From Azolla caroliniana (taxonomy: Eukaryota > Plantae > Polypodiophyta), in NCBI GenBank assembly GCA_043228905.1, contig JBHGNT010000012.1, positions 3,968,001 to 4,032,000 on the forward strand: a DNA stretch of 64,000 nucleotides. The letters are read 5' to 3'. Below, one piece after another: positions 26,401 through 40,006 of the stretch (positions are counted from its first letter, which is position 1; each line of letters begins with the position of its first letter). Position numbers and translations under genes: made by a program. The notes under the pieces are model-generated. The model was not told the DNA's origin, did no database searches, and saw only the letters and a program-made list of their open reading frames with translations.

Positions 26401-27156
26401 ATTTTTCGCTTATACCGGTTTCCATCCTCGCTGGTCGATGATCGACACTCCGGAGCTACCTACCAACCCTCGTGCCGAGGATCATTTGGAGAGGCTACGC
26501 AAGATCCAGATGGATCTCTCTACTCACCTTCGTCATGCTCAACACACACAGAAGACTTATGCGGATCGTCATCGGATTCCCTCCTCTTTTGCCATTGGAG
26601 ATCAAGTATGGCTCTTACGTCGTCACATCAAGACTACTCGACCGTGCGACAAGTTGGATTATTGACGACTTGGTCCTTTCCGTATTACGGGGAAGATTAA
26701 TGATGTCACCTTCCGCCTTGATCTCCCTCCGCAACTTCAAATACATCCGGTTTTCCATTGTTCTCTTCTTGAACCTTATAAAGTAAACACCATTTCCGGT
26801 TTTCCATTGTTCTCTTCTTGAACCTTATAAAGTAAACACCATTTCCGGTTTTCCATTGTTCTCTTCTTGAACCTTATAAAGTAAACACCATTCCCGATCG
26901 TGTGACACCACTGCCGCCCCCACTAGAGTTGGACGTCGGCCTGGAGTATGAAGTTGCTGCCATCCTCGATTCCAAACTTGTTCGCAACAAACTTTATTAC
27001 TTGGTCGATTGGCTCGGTTATAGTCCGAGCGAACGTACTTGAGAACCCGTCGAGCATGTTGCCAATGCACAAGATCTTCTTGCTGATTTCCACCGAAAAT
27101 ATCCGGACAAACCCGATCCGCAATTAGCGCCGACTCGTTCCACTCGTCGTCTTTAA
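23484..27156 (+). pseudogene. pol: pol (PR-RT-RH-INT-chromodomain) in the -1 frame, with multiple nonsense mutations
   Basis: LLDSGAN, YLDD, ADASDFALG, CLDFITDLP/SDRGPQF; chromodomain EYEVAAIL..YLVDWLGY at ~26945-27105. Confidence 0.94.
26747..26893 (+). repeat. 49-bp tandem triplication in the integrase C-terminus
   Basis: CCGGTTTTCCATTGTTCTCTTCTTGAACCTTATAAAGTAAACACCATT at 26747, 26796 and 26845. Confidence 0.95.
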
Positions 27157-30100
27157 GGGGGAGATAGTGTCATGATATGGCAAGACTCGAACCCATGACC
27201 TTATGCTACATGGGTCGAGCTCTTACCATTAGACTATGAATTGTATTTTGTAGAATATTATTTTCATTTATGCTTTATCATAGAAAATTGATGTATATTC
27301 CAGATCTCTCTGGAACATTCTAGAAGCTTCAGGATTATTCCTAAAAACACTATAAAAGGAGGCACAAGGCATTGTTTTGAACCAAATTGGTTCAACACCA
27401 GTCTTAAGCCTCTTAGTCGATTTGTACTTATCTTTCATATAATATAAGAGCTACTGTCATCATCCTATTTCTCTCTCTCTCCTCCTCTCACTTCCTCTCT
27501 CTCGGGAATCTTACGCAGTCCCGTCCTCTTAGTACTAATAGTACTACTCTTCTTAGTACTAATTCCATCTCTGCTTTAGTACTATTCCTGACAGCTAGGG
27601 CCATGATGAACGAAAGAGTTTGCCAAATTCATACTAGGCCAAAGTAGCATGTACAGCCGTATACTTGATGAACTGATGCACAACATCTAGTGTGTACAAT
27701 GTCACCCCCCACAAGAAGTATTATGGGAGAAAGCTAGACCTATCCCATTTAAGGATATTCCACACTATTGCATTTGTGCACATTCCCGATGAGAAATGGT
27801 AGAAATTTGATCCAAAATAGGAGAAGTGCATCCTCATGGGGTACTCACTTGAGAAAAAGGGGTACAAGTGTTTCAACCCCTCTAACTGAAAAGTTTGTGT
27901 GAGTCGAGACCTCGTATTTGACGAGTCAACATCCTGGTACGTACTCAACTCAGATTCATTCGACCCGATCACAACTAACCTAGATATCATCTCGGAGGAC
28001 GACGATTGGCTAAGGCCTATACCAAAGGAGAGTCTGATCTCAACCAGGTTGGGTGGACCACAAGAGCCTTTGAGCAATCAAAGCACATTGTAGACAAGAT
28101 CTGCATTGGGTAAGGGTAAAGCCAAGATGCCCAAATACGAAGTCAACCACTTCGATGAGAGTGATGCAGACGGGCCGGCATGTTCAATTGACAACAAATT
28201 CGGTGCCCCTATCATGAAGACACCTGGAGTAAAGAAAGCCCTTGTGGGTACAAATGAAAAACTCCGTCGCTCCACTCGTGAAAAGATCGTAGTCACCCGA
28301 TTCAATTACGATGACTACATGGTATATCACTAGATGAAGGTGGCAACCATTCATGAGCGGGGAAGTTTTGCCGAAGCTGCTCAAGATCTGCGATGGGTAG
28401 AAGCAATGAACGAAGAAATGCAAGCCTCAGCAAGAACAAAAACGTGGGACCTTGTCCCATATTCACCACACAAAAAGACAATTGGTTACTGATGGATATA
28501 CTAGGTGAAGTAAAATGTTGACGACACAATCAATCGGGATTCGGTACAAAGTCCTTTCGTAGCAAAAGGCTATGCTCAAACCCACGGTGTCGACTATGAG
28601 GAGACCTTTGCCCCAGTGGCAAAGATGACAACCATTTGAACTGTAATTGCGCTCACAACAGCAAAAGGATGGAATCTCCATTAGATGGACGTAAAAAATG
28701 CTTTTCTCCAAGGTGAATTAGAAGAGGTGTACATGGTACAACCACCAGACTTCAAGTTGAGATCACATCCGACTATTGTATGCCGAATCCAAAAGCCTCT
28801 CTATGGCCTCAACCAAGCGCCTAGAGCACGACATTCGAAGATAACCCAATATCTTCATCACGTCGGCTTCAAAATGTCCAAGTCTGACAATTCCCTATTC
28901 ATCCGAAACAACTCTAGAGGTCAAGTATTCATCATAATATATGTAGATGACTTGGTGATTGGAGGATAACACATAGCCGACATCAATAATATCAAGATGC
29001 TTCTCTCCGGCAAGTTCTAAATGAAGGACACAAAAGAGTTCCACTACTTTCTAGGCATCGAAGTAATTTGGACTCCTAACGACATCCTGATCTCCCAACA
29101 ACACTACATCTTAAACCTCTTATTCAAGTTCGGGATGAAAAAATGCAAGCCTATGACAACCCCTCCTGATTAAAAACTTAAGCTAGATGCCGACTCTGGC
29201 ACAAAAGCGTGTGAGCCGACACACTATCGATAGCTAGTAGGAAGCCTAACCTATCTAACTATCACCGTACTTGACCTCAGCTATCTGGTCGGCCTCCTTA
29301 GCCAATTCATGCAGACGCCATGTGATATTCATTTGGATTGTGCTAAGCAAGTGTTACGATACGTAAGTGGTACGATAGTTTACGACAATCTCTACAAATT
29401 GACAATGCCAATTCGACTCGAAGGGTACACAAATGTTGATTGGGCTGGGTACAAAGCCGACAAACGATCAAAATTAGGGTTTGTCTTCTCCCTCGGACGC
29501 AGAACTATATCCTGGAATAGCAAGAAACAACCGATAGTCACATTGTCAAGCAGGGAGACCAAACACAAGGGCGTAGTTGTTGCTGCATGTGAAGCTGTAT
29601 GGCTCAAGAGGATACTGAAGGATCTGGACGTCTCCATCAAAGATCCCATCTTGCTCTACTACGATAACCTCAACAATATTCATCTTGCCCGCAATCCGGT
29701 CTTCCATGCTCAAATTATGCACATCTAGGTGCACTACCACTTCATCCAAGAACGAGTTCTAGTAGGGGATGTTGACCTCCAACATATCAGCACAAACCTT
29801 CCTGGACAACTATCATCTTCATGAAGGCACTTGGGGCTGACAAGCTTCAGCAATTCTCGACAAAGCTAGGTCTTTCAACCTTCGACCTGCCGATCTTGAG
29901 GAGAAGTGAGCCGGACAAACACAGAAAGTAGAGTGAGCCGGCATCAAAGCCGAAGCTAGAGCCAAACACCATTGAAGACGGACCCAGAAACCAACCGAAG
30001 CGACGAAAGGCAATTGTCCAACGACTGGAAGTTGAGCTTGAAGGAGCATGTTGAGAATCAAACTCAACTTCCGTTAGTATATGATCACACCTTAGGAATA

Positions 30101-30344
30101 TACAAGTGTGTGAACACACCACTACCATGTAACAATAACTAACGTGTCATAGATGTAACTCCTATGACACATAGTTATAAGGTAGTTAAGGTTTTCCCTT
30201 CTTTCTCGAGAGGTAGTTTTTGTAAGAGAGAAGGTGACTATATAAACACCTTCTCCTCTCTTTTGTAATGGGTTGGTTATCATTCTTGTGAAATATAGTT
30301 TTCTATTTTTTGTCTACCTTGAGTTGACTCCCTCACCTCCTCTC

Positions 30345-30386
<42 letters not shown>

Positions 30387-30389
30387 TTT

Positions 30390-31248
30390 TGTGCTTTCTG
30401 CAAATACTTTAGGAGATGCACAAAAGCTTATGAAGGCATTGGAAATTTTTTGCATGCATACTAAATTAAGTGTCAATAGCTCTAAAACAAAGATTATGCT
30501 TGTGAAGAGCCAAGAAAGAGATAAACCATGCATTATGTACAACAATGAGCCACTTGAATGTGTGGAAAGCTTCAAATATCTTGCCCTTGAAGTTCCTTCA
30601 AATCACAGATGGAATGAATGTGATACACACCGCTTAGAGGCGGGTAAGCGAGCATACTATGCATTTGAGAACACATACAATCTTGGAGATATTAAGTGTT
30701 GGGTCCTCAAGAAACATCTTTCCAACACTTTGGTGACACCGGTTCTTCTCTATTGGGTGGAAATATGGGGCGGTAGCATCCCTAAATCTACGTGGAAAGA
30801 ATTTGAAAATGTCCAAAAACATTTTCTTACAAAGTTGCTACAAGTTAAGAAACAAACACCCTACACCCTCCTCCTCCTTGAGACGGGATCACTTCCCATT
30901 GAGATCATGGCCATGGAAAGGGTTGTTGAATACATGCTTAAGGTTCAAAAAAGTCCCTCACATCGACTTCCTTGAATTGCATGAGAAGCAAACAAAAAGA
31001 TCCAAAAGACGCATAAAAGCAAAATTTTGTGTTCCGGTTAGATGCAAGATATAGAAAAATGGTTTGGTAGATGGAATGTGAGACACTTGCTTCATGACGC
31101 ATCACTAGATTCCTCTATAAATGATGCCTTTTTGCAACGCCAATGTATCATGACAGGGAACAAATGTGAAGGCTCACACTTCACACATTATACTACACAT
31201 GTTGCACCTAACAACAAAACCATATTCTTTGCGGAATGGGGAAACCGT
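30390..31248 (+). mobile_element. 5'-truncated LINE ORF2 fragment (RT C-terminal/thumb region), interrupted by element B
   Basis: LSVNSSKTKIM, LECVESFKYL, TLVTPVLLY.VEIWG and LLETGSLPIE, typical of non-LTR RT C-termini. Confidence 0.85.
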
Positions 31249-33741
31249 TCTTGCGGAGATCCGCGAGTACGTGTCGGATCCGGGCAGGACCACCGGGATC
31301 TTGGACAGGGGAGAGATGGGTTTCCGGAGGATAAAGCTCTCTGGAGCCGGATATGCCGTCGAGACACCGGCCGGAGTAGTTCTGGATGCGACCTAGAGAC
31401 AACCGATACAGACACATCCCAGAATACGACCGGAACGCGTAGAGCGAGAGCACATGCGTACACACACCCATTGATCCTTCACAACTGTATTTATAAAAGG
31501 CTCAATAGACCTAAGTATATATATTTATGTGCATATTAATAAGTACACGGACTACGGTCCGATTCATCGTGCTCGCATGCACGCTCACACACGCACATAT
31601 GTACAAAAACGGAAAGAAGAAACTCTGAAGACATCGACACAGAGACAGACGCATGAAACTTCACTTATGTATATTTACAAGAGCGAGATACAACTCCGGC
31701 TTCGAGCCAGACTAAGGTAGGTTAGGTTACAACAACAGTGTGCTGCCAAGCCGCCAATCGGGGATCTCTCAGGCTCCTCGCGCCGAGCAGGGTCTTGCAT
31801 GGAGACAGAGCAGAAGTGAAAACCCCTTAGGACATACAAGCTCTTAACCGGACTAACCCCTAAACAAACATGAAGACTCAACCCACACGATGACAAAGAA
31901 GAAGAAGAAGACCTAGATGAAACCCTAAAGAATGTAAGTAAGATGAGAAACCTACCATACCTCAGACCTAAGTGGTATACCCTCCTAACTCAAAAATGGG
32001 CATTTCCCACACAAGAGACCCTCCCTTCCTGTTATAGCACAAGGAGGGAGTGGCGTAATAATGTGGGATAAATATCCATTATTACAAGGGATAGCCTATC
32101 CCGTTATTACTCCTATTCGGCGCCTTAAAGACACCAGCTACCTTTGTACATCTTTTACAAGAGTGGGTGCACACGGTGCAGTCCGCCGATATCCCATACA
32201 ACCCTAGTTTTCACACTGTGGCCGCGAATCCTCATGACATCTGCCCCCACCAAACCTCACATCCATTGGCATGTGCCAAGTCAAAGTGAAGTGTGTGGGA
32301 TTTTGGCCGTAGTGAACAACCGGTCTTCTGTAATCCGCACCTCGGCTGCCGCGTCGGCCTCTGCCACTCCTGAACCATTGGCCTTGGTTCCTTCCTCGCG
32401 CTTGCCCCTTCGTAGGCTCATTCCGACCTCTAGGTAGGTCGTTTGTCACGACCCCTTTCGTACGCGTGCTTGCAACTTTGGCCCTTCGATCAACCATATG
32501 CACGCCCTTCGTTCCGCCCCTTTCCTTCTCTTGGGAGCTCATTTCCTTGGTTGGCCTTGATTCACCGCTCAGAGCTCATCCAACCTCTCCATCCGGCGTA
32601 GCCAGTCCCGATTTCCGGATTCACCCCTTCTCCAGTCGCAGTAGAAATCTCAGATGCTAGTCACGACCCATCCTTTGTTCTATGTGGCGCGGATTTCATT
32701 CCTCCCGACCGATTGTCGGAGGTTGCACCTTGCATGTGCCCGTTTTGATCCACCTTGCCGCACACCAAACCTCCCATGCACACTACTCGGCCCTTGCCTG
32801 GCGAGATCACACATCTCCAATTAAACTGCATACCGGTGTCCTCCATGCCCAAGGAACACCTGTTAATGGCATGCTCAGCCCCTTTCGTCCTGCGCCGCTA
32901 CAACCGGTTCGGTGCCGTTGTCCGCCGTTGTCCCCTCACCCCACCTACTTGTCACCTCAAGCTTACGCTTGCCACGCTAGTCGTTGCCACTCCGACTGAG
33001 CCGATGAGGTCTCCAGTACATGTGTGGAGGATCCTTCTTCGGCCTTCGATGTCCTTCGTAGCCACCGACCCATGCACTCCGCTTCACACCCGTACTCCCA
33101 TCCCGGTACTTCCGTATACCGCCCAACCTTCGACTTCGCTTCGGGAGAGGCTTAGTCGCTCACCTCCTTTGCTTGGCACTGTTCGTGCCGAACTCTGGTC
33201 TTTCCCCGTGCTTGTTTCTCGGCCTTGAGTGGCCATACACACGTCCTTCAACTCGCCTCAATGCGTGCCCCTTTCGGTCGGGCATGCCGTGCTCCGCCTT
33301 GGCGTCCTCGGTGCCTTCAGCGTCACTATCCGCACATGGATCACCCTTTTCTTCCGGCCTACATGGCCTCCATTGTCTCTACGATGCATTGGTTGCTCGG
33401 TGCCTTTGTCCGTTATTGCCTTCATCATCTTGCCGCCACCTTCCTTCTCCTTGGTCTTACATTGCCACAATGGCCAAACTACTGAGGTCTTCGGTGTAGG
33501 TGTGGAGGATCCCTCTCATGCCTTCTGTCCTTTGAGGCCTTTGACCCGTGCACCTTGCGCATCCTTAGTTCTTCCGAGCCTAGTGATCAGGTCCGTTTCT
33601 GTTTCGTGGTTGCATAGCCGGCCTTATACCTCTTTCCGCTCTTTCGGCCCTTGCTTTGTCAGATCCCATTCACCTATTGCCACCACCCATCTCTCTCGGT
33701 CTCACGTTGGCTCTCGGGTCAGACCTCCGAAGACTTCAGAT

Positions 33742-35684
33742 TGTTGTACGACACTTCTCCAAAGGGGTGGTAAGGATTGGATGCTAAGTTACACGCGTAA
33801 GATGATTACACTAAGCACAGACGGTAAAACAATACAAAGACAAAGATAAACACGCAATAAGTATAATTGTATTACTTCCGTAAAGCATTTACAAATCATC
33901 GGATCCTTTTATAGGCATCCGGCAAGGTTACAATCAGTGCACTTAGGCAACTGGCATCCGAATCGGTCCGGATCCGGATCGGTACAACTGTACCGGATCC
34001 GTCCCTCCGAATAATAAATATACTATTATTTACTTCCTATTATCCAATCCGACTCTGCCTTCCCAGTTGTCCTTGCTCTTCTGACCGGCCAACACATGGC
34101 ACGCCCGTGGGAAAGTGCCTTGCACTTCGAACCCACTCCCAGCCTCAGTCTTCCTCCAAAATATCGAGCAAACTCCGCTCGAAGGTGTCAAGTGGTGCCT
34201 CTTCCTCCAATTCCTGTTCCTTGCCTGCCTGGTCTCCGACCTCCGGTTGGGTTGGCTGTTCCATAAAAATTTGCTGCTCCGGCTCTGCTTGATTCTGTGG
34301 TGCCGGTGCTTCCTCACCGCTCCGTCCGGGTTCTTCCTGTTCTTCCTCTGTTCCAGGCTCTGTTCTGTTACTAGTGTCGCTTTCTCCGGTCTCGACTGGT
34401 CGGTTCGGTGCGCCTTCTTCCTCTGCTCCGGTGTTTTCCGGTCTCAACTCTTCCTCTTCCCCGGCATCGGTCTGCACCTGCTCTTCTTGATTTTCTTGGA
34501 CCGGAAGTTCTTCTTCGGGTATTCCTTGTCGGGGTTGTTCGGTGTCGGTTGGTTCAGCTTCAGCCGGTCGCTCTCCCTTACTTATAGTGATTGGCGTCGT
34601 TCTTCCCTCGGCTTCCTGTCGTAACCGGTCCTGCTCGTATTTCTCCAACTCCAACTGAGTTGCGAGCTGCCCGTCATCCAACCTCTCTACCAACCCTCGG
34701 ATTTCTTTGAGATGTTCTTCCGCTAAAGCGTAGAAATCCTCCGACAACTCTTCCCAAATGGCAACGATACTTTCTTCATCCATCTTGTAGAACTTGTCAC
34801 CGGTCTTCCTCCGATTCTCGGCATCAGCTCGGAGTGTCTGTAGCTCGGTTGCCTGTTGTGACCACTCCTTCCATAGCTTTCCCGTACTTTCGTTGATGCT
34901 TGCCTGAGCTCGGGTACTCCAACATGACATGATGAGCTTGATCCGGTCAACCCCCGCTTTAGCATGCGCATAAGCTTCTTGCTTTTCCTTCCTTGCCCGT
35001 TTTATAATGTCGGCCATTATCTGAGCCTGGACTTTGTAATCCGCTCTCTGCTTTTCATAGGCACTTTGCAGTTTGTTGAGCGTGAAGGTCGATCTTTCCT
35101 TTTCTTCATTCCGGATCTTGGTCGGATCCAGCTTTTCCCACCTTAGCGCCTCTAATTCCTTCCTTCTCTCCGTCGCTTGGGTTATTTCCGCCGACAATGC
35201 TTCCTTTTTGGCACTGACCTCGTCCATTGTCTTAGCCAGGCCCAATCGGGTCTTTTTGAGCTATTCTTTCAGCTTCTCTATTTGCCGGTCGTAGTCTGCT
35301 GCCCGTTTCTTGTTGTCCGACTTGGCCTGCCTGGCCGGACTAGCCTCAACACAAGTGTCTATCCGACACTTCTCCAAAGGGGTGGTAAGGATTGGATGCT
35401 AGGTTACACGCGTAAGATGATTACACTAAGCACAGACGGTAAAACAATACAAAGACAAAGATAAACACGCAATAAGTATAATTGTATTACTTCCGTAAAG
35501 CATTTACAAATCATCGGATCCTTTTATAGGCATCCGACAAGGTTACAATTGGTGCGCTTAGGCAACCGGCATCCGAATCGGTCCGGATCCGTCCCTCCGA
35601 ATAATAAATATACTATTATTTACTTCCTATTATCCGATCCGACTCCGCCTTCCCACTTGTCCTTGCTCTTTTGACCGGCCAACA
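33742..35684 (+). mobile_element. Small non-autonomous Tat-like LTR element
   Basis: LTRs 33742-34094 and 35356-35684; PBS-like TGGCACGCCCGTGGGA at 34097 (tRNA-Arg type); 5-bp flanks CAGAT/CAAAT; no gag or pol, no PPT. Confidence 0.82.
34145..35245 (-). CDS. Antisense extra ORF: coiled coil plus acidic Glu/Pro/Gln-rich tail, N-terminally truncated, function unknown
   Basis: 366 open codons with protein-like helical composition; the frame extends upstream past one TAG toward the LTR. Confidence 0.7.
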   Translation of the reverse strand: MGLAKTMDEVSAKKEALSAEITQATERRKELEALRWEKLDPTKIRNEEKERSTFTLNKLQSAYEKQRADYKVQAQIMADIIKRARKEKQEAYAHAKAGVDRIKLIMSCWSTRAQASINESTGKLWKEWSQQATELQTLRADAENRRKTGDKFYKMDEESIVAIWEELSEDFYALAEEHLKEIRGLVERLDDGQLATQLELEKYEQDRLRQEAEGRTTPITISKGERPAEAEPTDTEQPRQGIPEEELPVQENQEEQVQTDAGEEEELRPENTGAEEEGAPNRPVETGESDTSNRTEPGTEEEQEEPGRSGEEAPAPQNQAEPEQQIFMEQPTQPEVGDQAGKEQELEEEAPLDTFERSLLDILEED

Positions 35685-37748
35685 CAAATCAGTGTGAGGA
35701 TCGCCATAGGATCATTCATCCATACTTCACCGCATCTTAGGATCCCGTTCACCTGCCGCCACCATCCATCTCTCTAGGTCTCACGTCGACTCTCAGGCGA
35801 ACTGTCGGAGTCTCCAGATCGGTGTGAGGATCGTCGTAGGATCACCCTATCCGCGCTCTTCTACCCTTCCTTAGCTCTCTAGCCGCTTCCTTGTCCATAG
35901 CCACTTCTGTCTCGACATCACGGCCCGTGGCTACCCACTTCCGTGCAAGCTTCGACTGTGCTTGCCTTTCTCCCGACTCGACATCCCATGCAACCGTGTC
36001 TAGACATACTCGTCCTCCCAAATCGGTGATCGTCGCTTCATCATCCCCGACCTTGTCCTTGGCCGTTCATTCTCCATGTGTCGAGAAGGCGACTTGTTCC
36101 ACACTTTCCTCGTAATGGCATCATCATACCAAACCTGGCCCTTGCCGAACGGGCTCTACTGCCTCTCCCTTGTCTTCCGTGTCTTGGGCCGGTTTTGGTC
36201 GAACGATCCATGCCAAGATCGTGCTCCATCTGAATCGGAATGCCGACGGGATCGATCCCTGGTCAGGTCGACTTTTGATTCCCCTCCCTTTGGTGCCGCC
36301 TCTCATTTCCTCCTTCTCTATGGTGGCTCCGTCCTCGGCCTCCTCGTAGGCCGTTTCCCATCCATCTTCGTTGGCATCATGCCAAGACTGCTCGCTGCCG
36401 CCTTCCATCTTTCTGGTCTCACATCGGCACACGGGCTCGACTGCCGAAGTCTCCAGAATCAACGTGGAGCGATATTCTCCGCTTCTGACCTCCAACTTGT
36501 TGTCGATCTTCTCCTTGGCGTTCCCACCACCATCTTCCATCTCTCTGGTCTCACGTTGCCACATTGGCGGAATTGTCGATGTCTCCAGAAGCGATGTGGG
36601 GATCGATTCTGTAAATTCGCCCTCCGACGACTTGCCCATAGCCATTGACTCCTCGATGTTGTCGGTGGAATTTATCCCTTCTTTGATAGCACAATCCTCG
36701 CCTTGGATTACTTCTCTAATGTCTGGAGTTTCGGGCAGTGGTGCCCGAAAACGCTGGTCTCTTTCCGAACCCGCAATCGTTGTCTCTCAGAATCCGACCA
36801 CCTCCTGGGCCGGTCATTCTCCGGCGGTACCATGGTACCGTCTTCCAGCCTCCACATGGGCCACATCCGTCTCGTCCGGAAGGCCGACTAGCTATGATTC
36901 TCCGGAATCCGACCGTGTGCCGGATCTCTCTTCTTCGTCGACCATCGCCTTCAAAACCTCGTAGCTTCCTTAACCAAGGCTTCGACATCAAGCTTTGCTG
37001 ATCCTTCTTGTTGCATGCCCAGTTCATGCTGTTATGACGCGTTGTCGCGCGTTATCTTCCCTTTTTCTTTCGCGGACCCCTCCTCATCCAACCATCAACA
37101 TACTCGTTCGATTTCCGACCAATCATCGGTAAGGCCATTTGCTTCGTCGTTGTCTTCAAGCTCAATTCTAATGGCTTCCCGTCGTCATGAAGAAAACCGG
37201 CCATAGGCGGAATCGGACAAAAAGGCACATGAACCGGCTCTTACACGGATGGACGCGTGAATTGAGATTTTGATATTGATTCATAAATGGATCGGCTGAT
37301 GTAAATACGAAGTAGTACACATTTATTAGGGGATTGTGCGTATCTCTGTCAGAAGGGATAGGGAATAACGCGATTTGACTAGGGGAAAAGGGGCACCCCC
37401 CCCTTTTGGGAACTATTTTAAGGAGACGAGAGAAGGAAGAGAGGGGTATCACACGTTGGCGAGGACAAAGTGCTGCTGCAAAACCGAGTGCCGAGCTCTC
37501 TCTCCTCGAATCGTCGTTCTCTGCGGGTGTTGGGAGTTCGCGGCCTCTGCTTCATGGACAGCCTGTGTGCTTCTAGCAGAGTCTCTCCCCTTCCCCTTCC
37601 CCCTTTTGTTTTCTTCGAGTCGTGTGGCTGTCGTCGGTGTTCGTGAGTAGGACCCCGTCTCGGGTCTGTTACTGGGCTGCCGGTTGTAAGCTATTGACTA
37701 TAGTAATTGGATTCTTGTTTTCCTTGCTCTTAATCTCTCTCTGTGTAC

Positions 37749-37794
<46 letters not shown>

Positions 37795-37899
37795 TTGGTC
37801 CGAGACCCCCATGGTCCCACCTCTTTCTACATGCACGCGCGTAACAACGCGACATATTTGGTGAACCCGACGTGAACAGGGCAGCAAAGGAGTCGAAAG

Positions 37900-40006
37900 A
37901 TGAGGGGATCGGAGCTAGCAGAGGCAATGGCGGTAGCCGTCGATCGGCTGGTAAGCGCCCGTGAGGGGACGGGTATCGTCGACAGGGCCATCGAATCGAT
38001 CGTTGGCACTATAGGCCGGTTCGGAGGGAAAGATGCCACAAGTTATTTGGAGGCTTACCGGGCCGAAATGATCATGAGGGATATCTCGATGGACAGGCGG
38101 CTGTCCGGATTCCCTCGGGTGGTGACGCCGAGCATCCACGCGGAGGTGCTCGAGGTGCTGGCCGGATGCCAGACTTGGGAGGAGTTCGAGCTACGGCTCC
38201 TCGAGAAGTACAGGTTTGACGACTCGCTTCGGCTGTCGAGGCGGGACTTCATGGCGTGGGTGGAAAGCCCCGGAAAAGGGAGGAACACGTCGGTGCTCCT
38301 CCAGGAGTTCGAAAAACGGTTCGCGCGGTTGTCGACGCTGGACCGGACAGTGCTCGAAACGAGTCGAGTACTACTGTTTGTCAAGTCGGTGGACGCGCTC
38401 GACAGGGAAAAGGTGGGTCCCCTATTGGAAACGGATGAAGGGCTCACGGTAGACTGGGCCGTGGTAAAATGGGTCTGCAGCCATTTCGACAAACGGCGCG
38501 ATTGGAGCGACAGAAGCTCGTTGGGGTCAGGGCCGGTCCCGTGGAGGAGGCTCGAGGAGCCGGTATCGGTGCCGGCCAGTAGGAAGGAAGAGACCCGAAT
38601 CTGGCTAGAGTCGGGGTCATCATCGAAGGACGTGGTCAGAGGCCCATCTGGAGGAGCGGCTCTGGAGGAGCTGACACAGATGGTGCGGGACCTGCAGATC
38701 GCACAGGCCCGGAGAGACAGCGGCGAACAACCTCGCGACCGGAGGCCGCCGGCTGGGCAACGGTGCATGTGGTATGACATGATCGGTCACATTCGTAAGG
38801 ATTGTGTGGATTTCGCTGACGCGCTCAAGACCAACGTGGTGTACCTCTGGAACGAGTGGGTGCATGCGAGCGAGACCCGGAGAGCCCTAGAACTAAATAC
38901 GGGGCACGGTGGAATGAAGAGGTTGATGGAAGAGGCCGCGTCACGGCACGTTGAAGCCGTTAACTACTCAGTGTCGGTGGGAATTTGGGTCGGGGGTGAT
39001 GAGACCCGGAAGGCGAAGGACTCCGGATTCTGGCCGCTAGTGCTAGAAGGCATCTCTAGAGTTCGGCTGAAGAAGGAAGAGGCGGACCGCGTGGAACAGC
39101 GGGTCCAGGAGGTCACCGGTTGGAACGATCCGGTCGAAGAGAAAATGGGCTTCGTAGAAGCCGCTTGCCAGAACTACAAGGTTCTGGTGGAAGACAAACG
39201 GGCAGGGAAGACTAGAAGGGTCGGTCCCCCGCAGAGGTATGAGACCCGGTTCGGACCGAAACCGACGGTGCCGGCAACCCAGGTGCGCCGGACGGAAAGA
39301 AGCAGGCGGGGTTTCGGTTGAGCACCGAAATCGAAAGGACCACAGACCTGCGAAAGGTCCTGGAGGAACGTATCCTCGACAACAAAGTGGAGTTGTCGTT
39401 GAGGGAAGTGCTCGGGATCGTAGACTTAGTGAAGTGGAAAAGGTTGTCGACGGAGCCGGAACCGGAGAAGCCGGTGGAGGTGCGGACCACGCACTTGGAA
39501 GACGCGGCCCTAGAAGACGAGTTGGCGGAAAGCCACTACACGAAGCCGCATTGGGCTAGGGCAACTACGGAAACCCCTGTACGAATCGGCAACGTTCCGG
39601 AACCGGTGGTGGCCTTGGTAGACCATGGATCCGAAATCAACCTGATGTCCATGGATTTCTACAAGAAGGGTAAATTGCCGATCAACACCAAGCATGGCTG
39701 GAAAATACAGGCAGCGATGCGCGCCACGGAAGAACTACATGGAGCCTGTCCGAACGTACGGGTGAAAATCGGCGATGTCGAGATCGACCATCACTTCTTC
39801 GTGCAAGAGACGTCCTTGCATCTAGTTATAGTAGGAGAGCCATACATCACGGCGGCACGGATGGAGACCAAGGTGCTGGACAATGGTTTAGCCTATGCAA
39901 GAGTCAAGAGCCAGGACGGGCGTCACTCGGTCCAGTTCCTAATGGTGCGACCAAACCATGAGCGTAACCGCGAGGCCCTCGGCGGCGAAACCCGAGGGAA
40001 TTTTAG
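37900..40006 (+). pseudogene. gag: gag-protease ORF1 of element A (frameshift near 39.3 kb)
   Basis: ORF 37900-39321 (GRFGGKDATSYLEAY, degenerate knuckle CMWYDMIGHIRKDC) plus the ORF from 39318 (ALVDHGSEINLM protease). Confidence 0.88.

Larger units (their letters stand above)
21829..27593 (+). mobile_element. Full-length Ty3/Gypsy chromovirus (Tcn1-like), copy 2, inserted in Copia-3 integrase
   Basis: LTRs 21829-22253 and 27168-27593 (about 10 differences by eye), perfect TSD GCTAG, PPT AAGGGGGAGATAG at 27155-27167. Confidence 0.96.
19319..30385 (+). mobile_element. Ty1/Copia element 3, near full length, decayed; 3' LTR truncated at a (CT)n tract
   Basis: 5' LTR 19319-19739, PBS TGGTATTAGAGC at 19740, gag from 19907, integrase, RT ([17 protein letters not shown]), RNase H (ISWNSKKQPIVTLSS), 3' LTR 30049-~30385. 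Confidence 0.93.

Noticed and set aside
32144-33849. Overlapping plus-strand ORFs as host genes
   Set aside because: They lie inside the internal region of element B, are low complexity, and show no domains or splice structure.
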